Assembly: GCA_963511095.1 (NCBI GenBank)
Contig: CAUPHU010000001.1
Coordinates: 1-40,938, forward strand
DNA length: 40,938 bases
DNA from: an uncultured Anaerococcus sp.
Lineage (GTDB): Bacteria; Bacillota; Clostridia; Tissierellales; Peptoniphilaceae
Reading direction: 5' to 3'
Shown piece by piece: positions 10,379 to 19,662 of the stretch. The first letter of the stretch is position 1. Every line of letters begins with the position of its first letter. The translations under genes were made by a program, and so were the position numbers. The notes under the pieces were generated by a model. That model saw only the letters and a program-made list of their open reading frames with translations, did not search any database and was not told the DNA's origin.

Positions 10379-11197
10379 TTATGGTGCTACTGTTAGGATA
10401 CCAAAGTAAGATCCTACTAGGCATAGGACTAAGAGCCCTAAAATTATACTTAAGAATCCTAATTTCTTCTTTTCCATCAACCAGTAAATTGCCATTACTA
10501 GAAGAACTGGCAAGAAAGCTGGAAGAATAGCATCAAAAATTTGTTCTTGTAGGTTTAATGTTACGTCTCCAAACTTAAATTCAACCCCTGTATATACCTT
10601 AACAGCTGTAGCTATAAGACTTCCTACAACAGTAAGACCCATTACTGATGCAGAATCAGTAAATACATTTAATTTTTCAGAAAGATCTGTTACTAATCTT
10701 ATTCCTGATTTGTAACCAATATCATAGAACTTAAGCCTTAAAAATACCAAAAGAACATTCAGGATAATCCAGATTATAGCACCAAGCGGATTTCCTTCTA
10801 GAGCTAGATATCCTCCAATAGAACCCATAATAGTTGGATATAGTACCCAGAGAATAGAGTCAGCAACACCAGCTAAAGGACCCATAAGGGAAGTTTTAAT
10901 TGACCTTACAGCATCTAGTGATTTTATACCTTCTTGTTCTTGCATAGCTATATCAGCTCCAAGTATCAATGGAAGAACGTACGGAGTGGTGTTGATATAC
11001 TCGTATTCCACTTCCATGGCTTTCTTGAAATCTTCATCATCTGAATAAAGTTTTCTTAATGTATCGTGGATTGCCCAAGCATATCCTGTTCCTTGCAAAG
11101 TTCCATAGTTGATATTATTAGAACCAATAAAAGAGCATTTTAGAGCTGCTTTTCTATGATCTTTTTTATTCAAAATTTTATTCTCTTGTTTATTCAT
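10379..11197 (-). CDS. PTS mannose-family EIID
   Basis: NYGTLQGTGY, NTTP, KTSLMGPLAGVADS. Start placed at ATG 11197 (GGAG 9 nt upstream) rather than 11218. Confidence 0.9.
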   Translation of the reverse strand: MNKQENKILNKKDHRKAALKCSFIGSNNINYGTLQGTGYAWAIHDTLRKLYSDDEDFKKAMEVEYEYINTTPYVLPLILGADIAMQEQEGIKSLDAVRSIKTSLMGPLAGVADSILWVLYPTIMGSIGGYLALEGNPLGAIIWIILNVLLVFLRLKFYDIGYKSGIRLVTDLSEKLNVFTDSASVMGLTVVGSLIATAVKVYTGVEFKFGDVTLNLQEQIFDAILPAFLPVLLVMAIYWLMEKKKLGFLSIILGLLVLCLVGSYFGILTVAP

Positions 11198-11978
11198 CCC
11201 AATCATCTCCAAACTCATTATTTTCTGTTCCTAAACTAACTTCTGTTTTTTTAGATATTAAATTGTTATAGGTGAAAATAGCCATTGCTAGACCTAAAAT
11301 TGACACTCCAAGTATTGGTAGTTTTAGGTATGCAGCAAATACGAAGCCCACAAGTAGGGCCCATATATATCTTCTTGTTGGCATGTATCTTAGTAACATC
11401 ACCACACCAACTACTGGAAGCATTCCACCAGCTATATTTAGACCATCTGTTACCCATTGTGGGATAACATTAACTACTGATTCAACTGCGGTTTGTCCCC
11501 ACAAAATAAGAATAATCATAGGTATGAAAGCCTGCATTGCAACAAAAAATATTGATATATAATTAATATTTTTAGATGCTTCAAACTTACCTTCATTTAA
11601 AAATTGTTTTGATTTGTTTGTAACAAAAGAATTAAGTGTACGTGTGAAAATATCTAAGTTTATAGCTAATATTCCTACTGAGAGTCCAACTGTTATTGAT
11701 GCACCTATATCTACTCCTGTTCTTGCTTTTAAATATATAGCTACAACAGTTGCAAGTGCATAATCAGGAACAGAAGAACCTCCAAGTGCAGCAACACCTA
11801 AGCTCATCAGTTGGAAGGTACCTGCTATATGAAGCGCCGTTTTGACATCTCCCATTATTAATCCAGCTAAAAGACCAACAGTAATTGGCCAATGGTTTAT
11901 TATTGTAATTCCCCTATTATCTATTAAAGCCCACATAGGCAATAATACTATTAAAATATTTTGTAAAAATTCACTCAT
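11190..11978 (-). CDS. PTS mannose-family EIIC
   Basis: GLLAGLIMGD, LGVAALGGSSVPD, AGGMLPVVG motifs; hydrophobic. Confidence 0.9.
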   Translation of the reverse strand: MSEFLQNILIVLLPMWALIDNRGITIINHWPITVGLLAGLIMGDVKTALHIAGTFQLMSLGVAALGGSSVPDYALATVVAIYLKARTGVDIGASITVGLSVGILAINLDIFTRTLNSFVTNKSKQFLNEGKFEASKNINYISIFFVAMQAFIPMIILILWGQTAVESVVNVIPQWVTDGLNIAGGMLPVVGVVMLLRYMPTRRYIWALLVGFVFAAYLKLPILGVSILGLAMAIFTYNNLISKKTEVSLGTENNEFGDDWDE

Positions 11979-11990
11979 GATTTCTAGCTC

Positions 11991-12464
11991 CTATACATAT
12001 TTTGAAAGTTCTTCTTTAGGATTTGATGGAACATATTGGAAATAAACAGGTATCCCCATATCCCTTATTTTCCTTAATTCATCTTTTTGTTTATCGTTTA
12101 AGTTTACTTGATTTACAATAAGCTCACTACCCTCAGACTTGAATACTATCCCTATATTAACTTCAGGAATTTTAACCCCTCCTTCAATTAATTCTAGAAT
12201 TGTTGAAGGTTCCTTAACAACCATAAGAACATTATGATTATCATATTTACCAATTCCAAAGTTTTTGATTGCTGTTTCTGTATCTATAATTGACATACCT
12301 GTTCCTGCAGGCTTACTTAATCTCATAACTCCCTTTTGAACTTCATCTTTACTAGCCTCATCATCTACAACCATTATTCTCTTAGCCTTTGATGAACTTG
12401 CATATTGTGTTACTACGATTCCATGAACCAATCTTTGATCTATTCTAACTAAAACTAAACTCAT
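11991..12464 (-). CDS. PTS mannose-family EIIB
   Basis: RIDQRLVHG phospho-His motif, IMVVDD, VNIG, FQYVP. Confidence 0.9.
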   Translation of the reverse strand: MSLVLVRIDQRLVHGIVVTQYASSSKAKRIMVVDDEASKDEVQKGVMRLSKPAGTGMSIIDTETAIKNFGIGKYDNHNVLMVVKEPSTILELIEGGVKIPEVNIGIVFKSEGSELIVNQVNLNDKQKDELRKIRDMGIPVYFQYVPSNPKEELSKYV

Positions 12465-12465
12465 T

Positions 12466-14511
12466 TTATCCTCCTATTGTTTTAAATCCACTAATTATTT
12501 TTTCAAAATATTTGCTATTTTTATTAACAAATACAGGTATTTTTTCTATCGGGCAAGCTACTAAATTATTACCTTTTCTTATGGGACTTTCACTATAAGC
12601 ATCAATCCAATTCATGTCTGGAATAAATACTTCCCTAGTTCTTTGCCCATACTCAAAAGCAGGACACACTAAAATATCTGGGCCGAAGAAATATTGATTG
12701 TTTTCTTCATAACTATGGCTTTCATTTGGATATTCCATAAACATTGGCCTAATTAAAGGAAGCCCTCTTTCACTAGCTTGATCAAACAGGTAAGAAATAT
12801 ATTCTTTAAGACTTAGTCTAAGACTGATATAGGATGTCAAAATTTCTTCAACATCTTTACCAAATGAATAAATTTCATTAGGTGAACCGCTCGTCCTTAG
12901 ACCACCACCGTTTTCTCCTATTCTTGGAAAATGAGGCTGCCTGTCACCATGCATTCTTAAAATTGGACTAAATACTGAAATTTGAAACCACCTTATTAGA
13001 AGCTCCCTGAAATAATCACTATCACTATTACCACTATGAAATCCACCTATATCACTTGTCCACCAAGATTGGCCACAAAGGCCAACACTTGTGGCAAATT
13101 GAATTTGTCTTCTCATAGACCTAAATGATGACTCTACATCTCCTGACCAAAGAAGAGCTGAATATTTTTGACTAGTTAAAAATGCAGATCTAATTAAAAC
13201 CGGTAAATCTCCACTTACTTGATTAACTGCCCTTAAATAGAAGTTAGGATACAAATTTCCTAGCTTACTCATATTGTATCCTCCCATTTCATAAATAAAA
13301 TGATTATATACATTCATTTCTGGTTCTGCCTGGTCTGCCCAAAAAAGGAGAGCCCCATTTTTTGTATAATTCTCTTCTAGTTTTTGTGCCAGAAATTCCC
13401 TAGAATCTTCTTTTGAAAAATCAATTACGTACCTATCATTAAAGACTTTACCTACTGTATTTATACCCTCTAATAATAAAGAATATTCTTTTAAGTAGGG
13501 AAAGTTTTCAGAATCTTCCTCAACAGTTGGCCAGATTGAAACCATTAATTTAGTTCCATTTTTTTCCATTTTTTCTGAAAGTTTATCAATGCCTTGCCAA
13601 TAATCGAAATCAAATTTATAATCCCCTTCGAAAGGCCAATGAAAATAATCTATAACCATTACTGATGGATTGATTCCCCTTGCAATATATTGGTTATAAA
13701 CTTCTTCTAATTCATCTTTAGTCTGATATCTTAACTTGCTTTGCCATAAGCCCAGCAAGTTTTCCTCCATTTTAGGTGGCCTTCCAGTTATTTCAGTAAG
13801 CTTTTCTATCAGTTCTTTAGGATTATCACCGACAAAAACAATATAATCAATTATATCTGAATCTGATGCTTCCCATACCTTTTGGTTTTTCCCAAAAAAT
13901 GCAGATCCTACGGACGGATTGTTCCAAATAAATCCGTAGTTTTTATTTGATATATAAGTTGGAATTACGGTTTGAGAATTCCTTTGCATAAGTTCGATAA
14001 AGTGATTATTCTTATCCAAACTTTCTTCCTGGAACCCTCCCATGCCGTATATTTTTTCCTCACCATCGCCAACAAATCTAAGTCTTGACCTTGTGATATC
14101 TTCTCCTATATCAATAAATTCATAGGGGTCTATAGCAAGAGAAGAAGTTGGAAGATTTGGTATTTCTATATGATCATCTATGCCAACTGTTCTTCTAACC
14201 TTGCTCTGCCTTAAAGATATCTCATCTAAGATAAGCCTCTCTTTGTTATAAAAGCTTAGCTTCTTACCATCAAAATCAACCCTTAAATTATAATTTGTAA
14301 AAGAAATCTTATTGGTTTTGTTTGTTACAACAAAATCATAATTTTCATCACTTTTAAAATCTAGCCAATAACTAGGTAATTCTAATTTCTCTTTTCTTGT
14401 AGCAATTACTCTTACGGCGTTTTTCCCTAATGGACCTAGTCTTAGATGATAGTTTTCCAATTCATAAACTTTAAATCCTTTATCAAGGCAATAATCGTTT
14501 AGGTCTATCAT
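12466..14511 (-). CDS. GH31 alpha-glycosidase (alpha-xylosidase-like), paralog 2
   Basis: GLWQSKLRY, IDYFHW, nucleophile WADQAEPE, acid/base WSGDV, WTSDIGGF, RMHGDR. Start likely ATG 14511, immediately after the upstream stop (ORF track start 14529). Confidence 0.88.
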   Translation of the reverse strand: MIDLNDYCLDKGFKVYELENYHLRLGPLGKNAVRVIATRKEKLELPSYWLDFKSDENYDFVVTNKTNKISFTNYNLRVDFDGKKLSFYNKERLILDEISLRQSKVRRTVGIDDHIEIPNLPTSSLAIDPYEFIDIGEDITRSRLRFVGDGEEKIYGMGGFQEESLDKNNHFIELMQRNSQTVIPTYISNKNYGFIWNNPSVGSAFFGKNQKVWEASDSDIIDYIVFVGDNPKELIEKLTEITGRPPKMEENLLGLWQSKLRYQTKDELEEVYNQYIARGINPSVMVIDYFHWPFEGDYKFDFDYWQGIDKLSEKMEKNGTKLMVSIWPTVEEDSENFPYLKEYSLLLEGINTVGKVFNDRYVIDFSKEDSREFLAQKLEENYTKNGALLFWADQAEPEMNVYNHFIYEMGGYNMSKLGNLYPNFYLRAVNQVSGDLPVLIRSAFLTSQKYSALLWSGDVESSFRSMRRQIQFATSVGLCGQSWWTSDIGGFHSGNSDSDYFRELLIRWFQISVFSPILRMHGDRQPHFPRIGENGGGLRTSGSPNEIYSFGKDVEEILTSYISLRLSLKEYISYLFDQASERGLPLIRPMFMEYPNESHSYEENNQYFFGPDILVCPAFEYGQRTREVFIPDMNWIDAYSESPIRKGNNLVACPIEKIPVFVNKNSKYFEKIISGFKTIGG

Positions 14512-14512
14512 A

Positions 14513-16582
14513 TTATGCTTCTGCAGCAAATTTTAATAAATCTTCAAATTCACCTACATAATCTTCCCTAACAAATACAGGAATTTTATCTATAGGCGCA
14601 TCAACTGTCACTGTATTACCACCCTCGTAGACCTTTTTATCAAAAATATCTACCCACTTGCAAGAACCTGGTAAGTAAAGTTCTCTAGAGTTTTGGCCCT
14701 TATATAAGATTGGGGCTACAAGCAATTTTTCACCAAACATATAAACATTATCTGCTTCCCAAGCCTTTTCATCTTCAGGGAATTCATAGAATAAAGGTCT
14801 CATCAATGGATTTCCTGTATTGCTTGCATCATCCATTAAACTGTCTATATAATCAATGATTGAATCTCTTATGTGTAAATATTTAGTGAATATTTTTTCG
14901 TTTCTCTCGCCATATGACCAAATTTCATTAGGAGCGCCAGTTGGCATCCTGCCGCCACCTTCGTCTGATAAAGCTTTGCTGTGTGGTAGCCTATCTCCAT
15001 GCATTCTCAAAATTGGAGAAAATGTTGAATATTGGAACCACCTAAGCACTAGCTCTCTAAAATCCTCATCTTCTGGGTTTCCTCCATGGAAGCCTCCAAT
15101 ATCTGTTGTCCACCATGGAATACCAGCCATTCCGACGTTTAAGCCTGTATTAACTTGGTTTCTGAAGGCCCTAAAACTACAATCAATATCTCCTGACCAA
15201 GCCAAGGCTCCATACCTTTGAGCTCCAGCCCAAGCTCCCCTAACTAGGGTAACTACTGGCTTATCACTCTCTCTTAGTCCATCATAAATCATCTTTAGAT
15301 ATCCAATTGGATATAAGTTTCCTACCTGTTGGACTGTCCCCTTATCATACCTATAATTATCAAAATCATATACTGCATAACCTGGCTCTGCAACGTCTAT
15401 CCAGTAGTAGCCTATGCCTTTTTCTTCGTAGTTTTTCTTTAGCAATGACCAAACATAAGCTGTTGCTTCAGGGTTTGTTGTGTCTACAAAAACAGTTGAT
15501 CCCTGAATTTGCATAGTCAACCTAACTCCCCTATTAACATCTATCAAATAGCCATTTTCCAAATATACATTATAATTTTCAGCATCTGTTTGTACTGTTG
15601 GCCATACAGATATAATTGGCTCTACACCGTAATCATCTTTTAGTTTTTTAACTAATTCTTCTGCATTTGGCCAAAACTTTTCATCAAACCTATACTCACC
15701 CTGGTGTGGCCAATGGAAATAATCTATAGCTATTGTTGATATTTGAATATTTCTTTTTTTATATCCTTCAACTACTTCTAATACATCTTCAGGTGTCCTA
15801 TACCTTAATTTACTTTGCCAAAGGCCTAGTAAATTTTTAGGCATCTTAGGAGCCCTGCCTGTTACAGAAGTATATTTATTCATTATTTCCTTAGGATTAT
15901 CTCCTGCACAAATCCAATAATCAATAAAAAATGTTGAATACATTCTCCATTCAGTTAAGTTTTTTGCGAAGGTTACTTGACCTATTCCAGGATTATTCCA
16001 TAAGAAACCATAATTTAGACTGGAAACATAAAAAGGAATTGATATTTGCGAGTTTCTTTGAGCTAATTCTAGGCTTGTATATTTTAAATCCAAATATTCG
16101 TGCTGGTACTGTCCCATACCAAATATTCTTTCACTATTATCAGATTCGAACCTGGTTGTAATCTCAAAATCACCACCTACATTAGCCCTATACTGTCTTG
16201 ATTTTAATTTTAGTGTAGAGTTAAAATCACGAGTTATCTCAATATTTCCAACATCTTCTGAACCGTCATCGTGTTTAACAGCCCTTAATCTTATATACTC
16301 TTTTAATAATACTTGACCTTTGTCATTGTAGAATGTGATTCTATCTCTATGATCGAGAATAGCATGAATTTTTCCATTTGTGATTTTATAATCACCATTT
16401 CCGATATCTTCAACCTTTACATTGGTATCTTTAAAATCAGATTCAATGAGAGCATATGGTTCATCTCTAAATTTACCATCAGGAAACGATCTTACTCTTA
16501 AACTATCTTCTGACCAAGCTTCTATTATTAGAAGTTCTTTATCGTATCTTTTTTCAATCCTGTTATTCTTTAAATTTATCAT
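14513..16582 (-). CDS. GH31 alpha-glycosidase (alpha-xylosidase-like), paralog 1
   Basis: GLWQSKLRY, IDYFHW, nucleophile WIDVAEP, WSGDI, WTTDIGGF, RMHGDR; AGGAGG RBS; no signal peptide. Confidence 0.92.
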   Translation of the reverse strand: MINLKNNRIEKRYDKELLIIEAWSEDSLRVRSFPDGKFRDEPYALIESDFKDTNVKVEDIGNGDYKITNGKIHAILDHRDRITFYNDKGQVLLKEYIRLRAVKHDDGSEDVGNIEITRDFNSTLKLKSRQYRANVGGDFEITTRFESDNSERIFGMGQYQHEYLDLKYTSLELAQRNSQISIPFYVSSLNYGFLWNNPGIGQVTFAKNLTEWRMYSTFFIDYWICAGDNPKEIMNKYTSVTGRAPKMPKNLLGLWQSKLRYRTPEDVLEVVEGYKKRNIQISTIAIDYFHWPHQGEYRFDEKFWPNAEELVKKLKDDYGVEPIISVWPTVQTDAENYNVYLENGYLIDVNRGVRLTMQIQGSTVFVDTTNPEATAYVWSLLKKNYEEKGIGYYWIDVAEPGYAVYDFDNYRYDKGTVQQVGNLYPIGYLKMIYDGLRESDKPVVTLVRGAWAGAQRYGALAWSGDIDCSFRAFRNQVNTGLNVGMAGIPWWTTDIGGFHGGNPEDEDFRELVLRWFQYSTFSPILRMHGDRLPHSKALSDEGGGRMPTGAPNEIWSYGERNEKIFTKYLHIRDSIIDYIDSLMDDASNTGNPLMRPLFYEFPEDEKAWEADNVYMFGEKLLVAPILYKGQNSRELYLPGSCKWVDIFDKKVYEGGNTVTVDAPIDKIPVFVREDYVGEFEDLLKFAAEA

Positions 16583-16637
16583 TTAACCTCCTTTTCAAGC
16601 TTCTATAGGAAAACGAATTTCCCCAATATCGAACATA

Positions 16638-16692
16638 ACTGATACCATATATCAGTAAATTTGATTATATAATAAATTTTTATTAAAAGCAA
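16638..16692 (-). promoter_or_regulatory. sigma-A promoter of GH31-PTS operon with downstream palindrome
   Basis: Minus strand TTGCTT (16692-87)-17 nt-TATAAT (16669-64); ACTGATA-N5-TATCAGT palindrome (16638-56) at the predicted start site. Confidence 0.65.
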
Positions 16693-16808
16693 CAGTTTTT
16701 CACTGCATTCCCATAAAGTTTATCGATTTTTTCACTAAATAAATATATATTAAAATACATTAATCCGATAACAACAAAAGTTTAAAAAACTATAGTTAAC
16801 AATAAATT

Positions 16809-16848
16809 AAAAAGACAACAAATCTATTATTTCAATAGATTTGTTGTC
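16809..16848 (-). terminator. Rho-independent terminator of fru operon
   Basis: Perfect 15-bp stem GACAACAAATCTATT/AATAGATTTGTTGTC followed by T5 on the minus strand. Confidence 0.8.
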
Positions 16849-16889
16849 AATCTCATCTCAATTTCAAGTATTATATTAAGAAAAAACAC

Positions 16890-18767
16890 TTATACTAGAG
16901 TCTCTGTTTTTTTCATAACTGTACCGAGAATTAAACCACCTACAATAGCACCAATTAGCACAGCTCCTACAAATATTAAAGCATGGTTAAATGAGGACAT
17001 TGCTGGAAGGATGAAGATTCCTCCGTGTGGGGCTGGTGCGCTTACTCCGAAGTGGCCTACAATTGCACCTGCTATAGCTGATCCTATCATACATGAAGGA
17101 AGTACTCTTTGTGGCTCTGCTGCCGCAAATGGGATGGCCCCTTCAGTTATGAAAGATGCACCTAGGATGAAGTTGGTTATTGTAGTGTTTTTTTGGTCTT
17201 CATTAAATTTATTTTTGAAAAATGTGGTTGCAAAGGCAATTGCAATTGGTGGTACCATGCCGCCAACCATTACAGCTGCCATGAATGTTCCAATTCCTGT
17301 ATCTGTGAAGGCTCCGATTGCAAAAGCGTAGGCTGCTTTGTTGATTGGTCCGCCCATATCGATTGCCATCATGGCAGCTAGTAGGCCTCCTAGAAGGACC
17401 ATGTTAGTGCCAGAAAGGCTCATTAACCAGTTATTTATAAAGGTATTTACTCCTGTAAAAATCGGATCAATTATGAAGAACATGATTGCTCCAACAATTA
17501 ATAGTCCTAGCACTGGATAGATTAGCATTGGCTTAAGGCCTTCTACTGATTTTGGAAGATTTCTTGTTGCCTTTTTGATGTAGTTTACAACGTAACCTGC
17601 CACAAACCCACCGATTAAACCTCCGATAAAGCCTGCACCACGACTTGCCATAAGACCTGCAACCATACCTGGCATGAGGGCTGGCCTATCTCCTATAGAA
17701 AATGATATGAAGCCTGCTAAAACAGGGATTAGGAAGGTGAAAGCATCTCCTCCAAGGCCATTTAGGAAGGTGAATACTGTCGATTCATTTCCAGCAAATC
17801 TCTCAAAAAGGAAGGAGATTGCAAGTAAAATTCCACCTCCGATTACAAATGGAAGCATGTGGCTAATGCCGTTCATAAGGTCTCTGTAGATTTTTTGACC
17901 AACTGAGCTTCCCTCATCGCTATAGGATTTGGCAGAACCGCCTTCTTCTTGGTGGATATTTGCCTCGCCCTTGATTGCCATGTCAACAAGTTCGTCAGCC
18001 TTTCTAATTCCGTCAGAAACAGGTCTTTGAATAACTTTTTTGCCGTTAAATCTTGCTGTTTCGACCTTTTTATCAGCTGCAATTATAATAGCATCTGCCT
18101 TGTCAATTTCAGCTTGGGTGAGTCTATTTTTTATTCCGTCTGAACCATTGGTTTCAACCTTGATATTAACTCCTCTTGCTTTGGCAGCTTTTTCTATAGC
18201 TTCTTGGGCCATATATGTGTGGGCTATACCGTTTGGACAAGCTGTAACTGCAAGTAAGTTTATATCTGATTTTACTTCTGCATTATCTTCTTGTTTTTCA
18301 TCTGCTTTTGGTTTTTCTGTGTATTTTTCAATAACTGCGTATAAATCGTCTTCTTTTTCGATTTCCTTTAGCTCATCTACAAAGCCATCTTTCATAATCA
18401 TCTTAGACAACTCTGCAAGGGTTGCTACATGGAGGTTATTTTCCCCATCAGGAGCTGCTATTGCAAAGAAAACCTCTGTTGGCATACCGTCTAGAGCGTC
18501 ATAGTCAAGGCCAGATTTTTTCCTAGCAAACATTACTGCAGGCTCTATAACTGTTTTGTTTTTGCTATGTGGGATAGCAACTGATTCGCCAAGGGCTGTT
18601 GAGCCTTGGGCTTCTCTTTCTCTCAGGCCTTCTTTAAAGTCTTCAGCACTTTTTACATAGCCTTTTTCATGAAATTTCTCAGCAATTTCTGTAATTGCCT
18701 CATCCTTAGTCTCTGCCTTTAGGTCTAAGACAATCAAATCTTTCTTTAATAAATCTCTAATTTCCAA
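16890..18767 (-). CDS. fruA: PTS fructose-specific EIIABC
   Basis: IIA (VAIPHS), IIB (TACPNGIAHTYMA), IIC (GISHMLPFVIGGG, DMGGPINKAA, ITEGAIPF); follows fruR-fruK. Confidence 0.95.
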   Translation of the reverse strand: MEIRDLLKKDLIVLDLKAETKDEAITEIAEKFHEKGYVKSAEDFKEGLREREAQGSTALGESVAIPHSKNKTVIEPAVMFARKKSGLDYDALDGMPTEVFFAIAAPDGENNLHVATLAELSKMIMKDGFVDELKEIEKEDDLYAVIEKYTEKPKADEKQEDNAEVKSDINLLAVTACPNGIAHTYMAQEAIEKAAKARGVNIKVETNGSDGIKNRLTQAEIDKADAIIIAADKKVETARFNGKKVIQRPVSDGIRKADELVDMAIKGEANIHQEEGGSAKSYSDEGSSVGQKIYRDLMNGISHMLPFVIGGGILLAISFLFERFAGNESTVFTFLNGLGGDAFTFLIPVLAGFISFSIGDRPALMPGMVAGLMASRGAGFIGGLIGGFVAGYVVNYIKKATRNLPKSVEGLKPMLIYPVLGLLIVGAIMFFIIDPIFTGVNTFINNWLMSLSGTNMVLLGGLLAAMMAIDMGGPINKAAYAFAIGAFTDTGIGTFMAAVMVGGMVPPIAIAFATTFFKNKFNEDQKNTTITNFILGASFITEGAIPFAAAEPQRVLPSCMIGSAIAGAIVGHFGVSAPAPHGGIFILPAMSSFNHALIFVGAVLIGAIVGGLILGTVMKKTETLV

Positions 18768-19662
18768 TTTCTTCCACCTCTACTTCATTTAAAATTTTAT
18801 TTATCATATCTCTGTCTGCTATGTCTGGGCTAAATGCTGTGGCCGTTCCACAAGCAACAGCAAGCTTATAGGCATCGATTTTTTCAAAATTATTTACAAT
18901 CCCATAGACAAAACCACCAACCATTGAATCACCTGCACCCACTGAATTTACAAGCTTACCACTAATTGGTCTTGCCCTATAGGCTTTGTTTTGATCTACA
19001 AAAATCGAACCATTCGCACCTAGGGATACAATCACGTTCTCTGCACCCAGCTTATTTAGTTTCCTTGCGTATTCTACAAGGTTCTTATCATTTATTTCAG
19101 TTTCAAAAATTTTTCCAATCTCCTCTTCGTTTGGCTTAACAAGGAGTGGCTTGTAGGATAGATAATCAATAAGCCTCTTATCTGCTATATCGATTGTAAA
19201 TTTTGCCCCCGTTTTTTCTATAACTTTTTTATAAAAATCGGAATCTAGTGAATATGGCAAAGATCCTGAAATGACAATGATATCGTCTTTTTGAACCTCT
19301 TCTAGACTATCAAAGAACTTTTCTACTTCTTCTTTAGAAATCTCTGGCCCCTTGGCATTGATTTCTGTTTCCTTATCGTATTTGAGTTTGACATTGATCC
19401 TTGAGTTTTCCTTAATTCTTACAAAATTTTCATCAAGACCCAAGTCTTTTATGGAATTTGCTATATACTCTCCAATAAAACCTCCCACAAAGCCAAGATT
19501 TACTGACTTCTGTCCGAGATTTTTGAGAATTTTGCTTGCCATAATTCCCTTTCCACCTGGGTATTTTTCGTCATCATTTGCCCTGATTGTCGCTCCATCT
19601 TCGAATTTATCAAATCTTAAGATGTAGTCAATTGCAGGGTTTGTTGTAATTGTATAAATCAT
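18757..19662 (-). CDS. fruK: 1-phosphofructokinase (PfkB family)
   Basis: MIYTITTNPAIDY, PGGKGI, KPNEEE, NSVGAGDSMVGGF. Confidence 0.93.
   Translation of the reverse strand: MIYTITTNPAIDYILRFDKFEDGATIRANDDEKYPGGKGIMASKILKNLGQKSVNLGFVGGFIGEYIANSIKDLGLDENFVRIKENSRINVKLKYDKETEINAKGPEISKEEVEKFFDSLEEVQKDDIIVISGSLPYSLDSDFYKKVIEKTGAKFTIDIADKRLIDYLSYKPLLVKPNEEEIGKIFETEINDKNLVEYARKLNKLGAENVIVSLGANGSIFVDQNKAYRARPISGKLVNSVGAGDSMVGGFVYGIVNNFEKIDAYKLAVACGTATAFSPDIADRDMINKILNEVEVEEIGN

Noticed and set aside
12466..16582. GH31s as sulfoquinovosidases
   Set aside because: The sulfonate-binding (R/K)WY motif was not found and there are no sulfoglycolysis genes nearby.
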